Shown here piece by piece: positions 62,293-64,000 of a DNA stretch of 64,000 bases (positions are counted from its first letter, which is position 1; each line of letters starts with the position of its first letter). The DNA is taken from positions 23,477,587 to 23,541,586 of the forward strand of contig JAUZTB010000071.1 of NCBI GenBank assembly GCA_034780895.1. The letters are read 5' to 3'. Both the position numbers and the translations under genes were made by a program. Under the pieces are notes generated by a model. The model was not told the DNA's origin. It saw nothing but the letters and a program-made list of their open reading frames with translations, and did no database searches. This DNA is from Rhynchobatus australiae. Taxonomy: Eukaryota.

Positions 62293-62813
62293 CAACATGG
62301 CCATGTTTCCTGCCATCCATGCTCCCACTATTTCCACTTTCAGTAAGGATACCTGCCAATGCCATTTAAAGACCTTCTCATATAATCCAGTAATATCAGG
62401 GGTGAAGCTCTCACTGTCTGGCAGAGGTCAGAAGTGTTGGGCCAAGTAATCCTCATCTGTTTCCAAGACACCCGGTTAGCTTTTCAGAAAGGTGTCACAA
62501 CATTGATCAGGAGAAAGCTCACAGAACCCAAATGCAGCACACCGATACAAGACTGGAGTCAGGATACTTCCTCAGGACAAACACAGGCAGTAATTGTAAG
62601 GAATCTTGCCTCAGAGATCAGAAGAGGAATCCCAACACAAACTGGATCTTCAAAAAGGAATAAAGACAGGATTGCTCTAGGGTAGACCACTCTAAGCAAC
62701 TAGGAGCCAAAGGTAGACCAATACTCTGGCAACTAATGCTAGAGAAACCCAGGTACTTATGCTGGGCCCCTGATGGGGCTCAGGTGTGTGTCATTATACA
62801 ATCAGTCCAGCAT

Positions 62814-63806
62814 NNNNNNNNNNNNNNNNNNNNNNNNNNNNNNNNNNNNNNNNNNNNNNNNNNNNNNNNNNNNNNNNNNNNNNNNNNNNNNNNNNNNNNN
62901 NNNNNNNNNNNNNNNNNNNNNNNNNNNNNNNNNNNNNNNNNNNNNNNNNNNNNNNNNNNNNNNNNNNNNNNNNNNNNNNNNNNNNNNNNNNNNNNNNNNN
63001 NNNNNNNNNNNNNNNNNNNNNNNNNNNNNNNNNNNNNNNNNNNNNNNNNNNNNNNNNNNNNNNNNNNNNNNNNNNNNNNNNNNNNNNNNNNNNNNNNNNN
63101 NNNNNNNNNNNNNNNNNNNNNNNNNNNNNNNNNNNNNNNNNNNNNNNNNNNNNNNNNNNNNNNNNNNNNNNNNNNNNNNNNNNNNNNNNNNNNNNNNNNN
63201 NNNNNNNNNNNNNNNNNNNNNNNNNNNNNNNNNNNNNNNNNNNNNNNNNNNNNNNNNNNNNNNNNNNNNNNNNNNNNNNNNNNNNNNNNNNNNNNNNNNN
63301 NNNNNNNNNNNNNNNNNNNNNNNNNNNNNNNNNNNNNNNNNNNNNNNNNNNNNNNNNNNNNNNNNNNNNNNNNNNNNNNNNNNNNNNNNNNNNNNNNNNN
63401 NNNNNNNNNNNNNNNNNNNNNNNNNNNNNNNNNNNNNNNNNNNNNNNNNNNNNNNNNNNNNNNNNNNNNNNNNNNNNNNNNNNNNNNNNNNNNNNNNNNN
63501 NNNNNNNNNNNNNNNNNNNNNNNNNNNNNNNNNNNNNNNNNNNNNNNNNNNNNNNNNNNNNNNNNNNNNNNNNNNNNNNNNNNNNNNNNNNNNNNNNNNN
63601 NNNNNNNNNNNNNNNNNNNNNNNNNNNNNNNNNNNNNNNNNNNNNNNNNNNNNNNNNNNNNNNNNNNNNNNNNNNNNNNNNNNNNNNNNNNNNNNNNNNN
63701 NNNNNNNNNNNNNNNNNNNNNNNNNNNNNNNNNNNNNNNNNNNNNNNNNNNNNNNNNNNNNNNNNNNNNNNNNNNNNNNNNNNNNNNNNNNNNNNNNNNN
63801 NNNNNT
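62814..63806. other. Largest assembly gap (N run); another long one at 58768-59198 and many of about 100 N
   Basis: Read directly. Confidence 0.99.
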
Positions 63807-63950
63807 TACAGCACAGTACAGGCCCTTCAGCCCACAATGTTGTGCCAACATTTTATCCTGCTCTAAGATCTATCTAACCCTTTCATCTCACAAATCCCCC
63901 CATTTCTCTATTATTCATGTGTCTATCTAAGAGTCTCTTAAACGTCCTTA
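63807..63950 (-). mobile_element. CR1 3' UTR fragment
   Basis: tacagcacagtacaggcccttcagcccacaatgttgtgcc. Confidence 0.8.
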
Positions 63951-64000
63951 ATTTTGACTTTAGGAAGAGAGCTTCTGCTACTATAACTGGGCCACACTTT

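Noticed and set aside
62736-63930. Longest ORFs in the track (347-385 aa), also 58613-59307
   Set aside because: Almost entirely X from N gaps.

Overview
Repeat-rich, AT-rich vertebrate genomic DNA with about 20 N gaps. The repeat content (HE1/V-SINEs, HER1-type CR1 LINEs, Deu-domain SINEs, Rex1/Babar, L2) points to a cartilaginous fish (shark or ray). I found no intact host protein-coding gene, rRNA, tRNA gene or CRISPR array. The recognisable ORFs are decayed retroelement fragments, so the window is most likely intergenic or intronic. The most notable signal is a family of about 14 short copies whose consensus 5' end is a minimal type I hammerhead ribozyme (AGUC-CUGANGA-stem II-GAAAC-GUC-GACU), as found in Penelope-like elements. 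Three copies have 11-17 bp target-site duplications, and three loci are head-to-head palindromic dimers; each copy I could read is mutated in the core or stem I. Also present: a Tigger/pogo-like MITE with TA duplication, a decayed Gypsy pol, a three-layer nested insertion and several repeat-free candidate enhancer blocks. Family names come from recognition of consensus motifs, not database searches, and boundaries are approximate (tens of bp).
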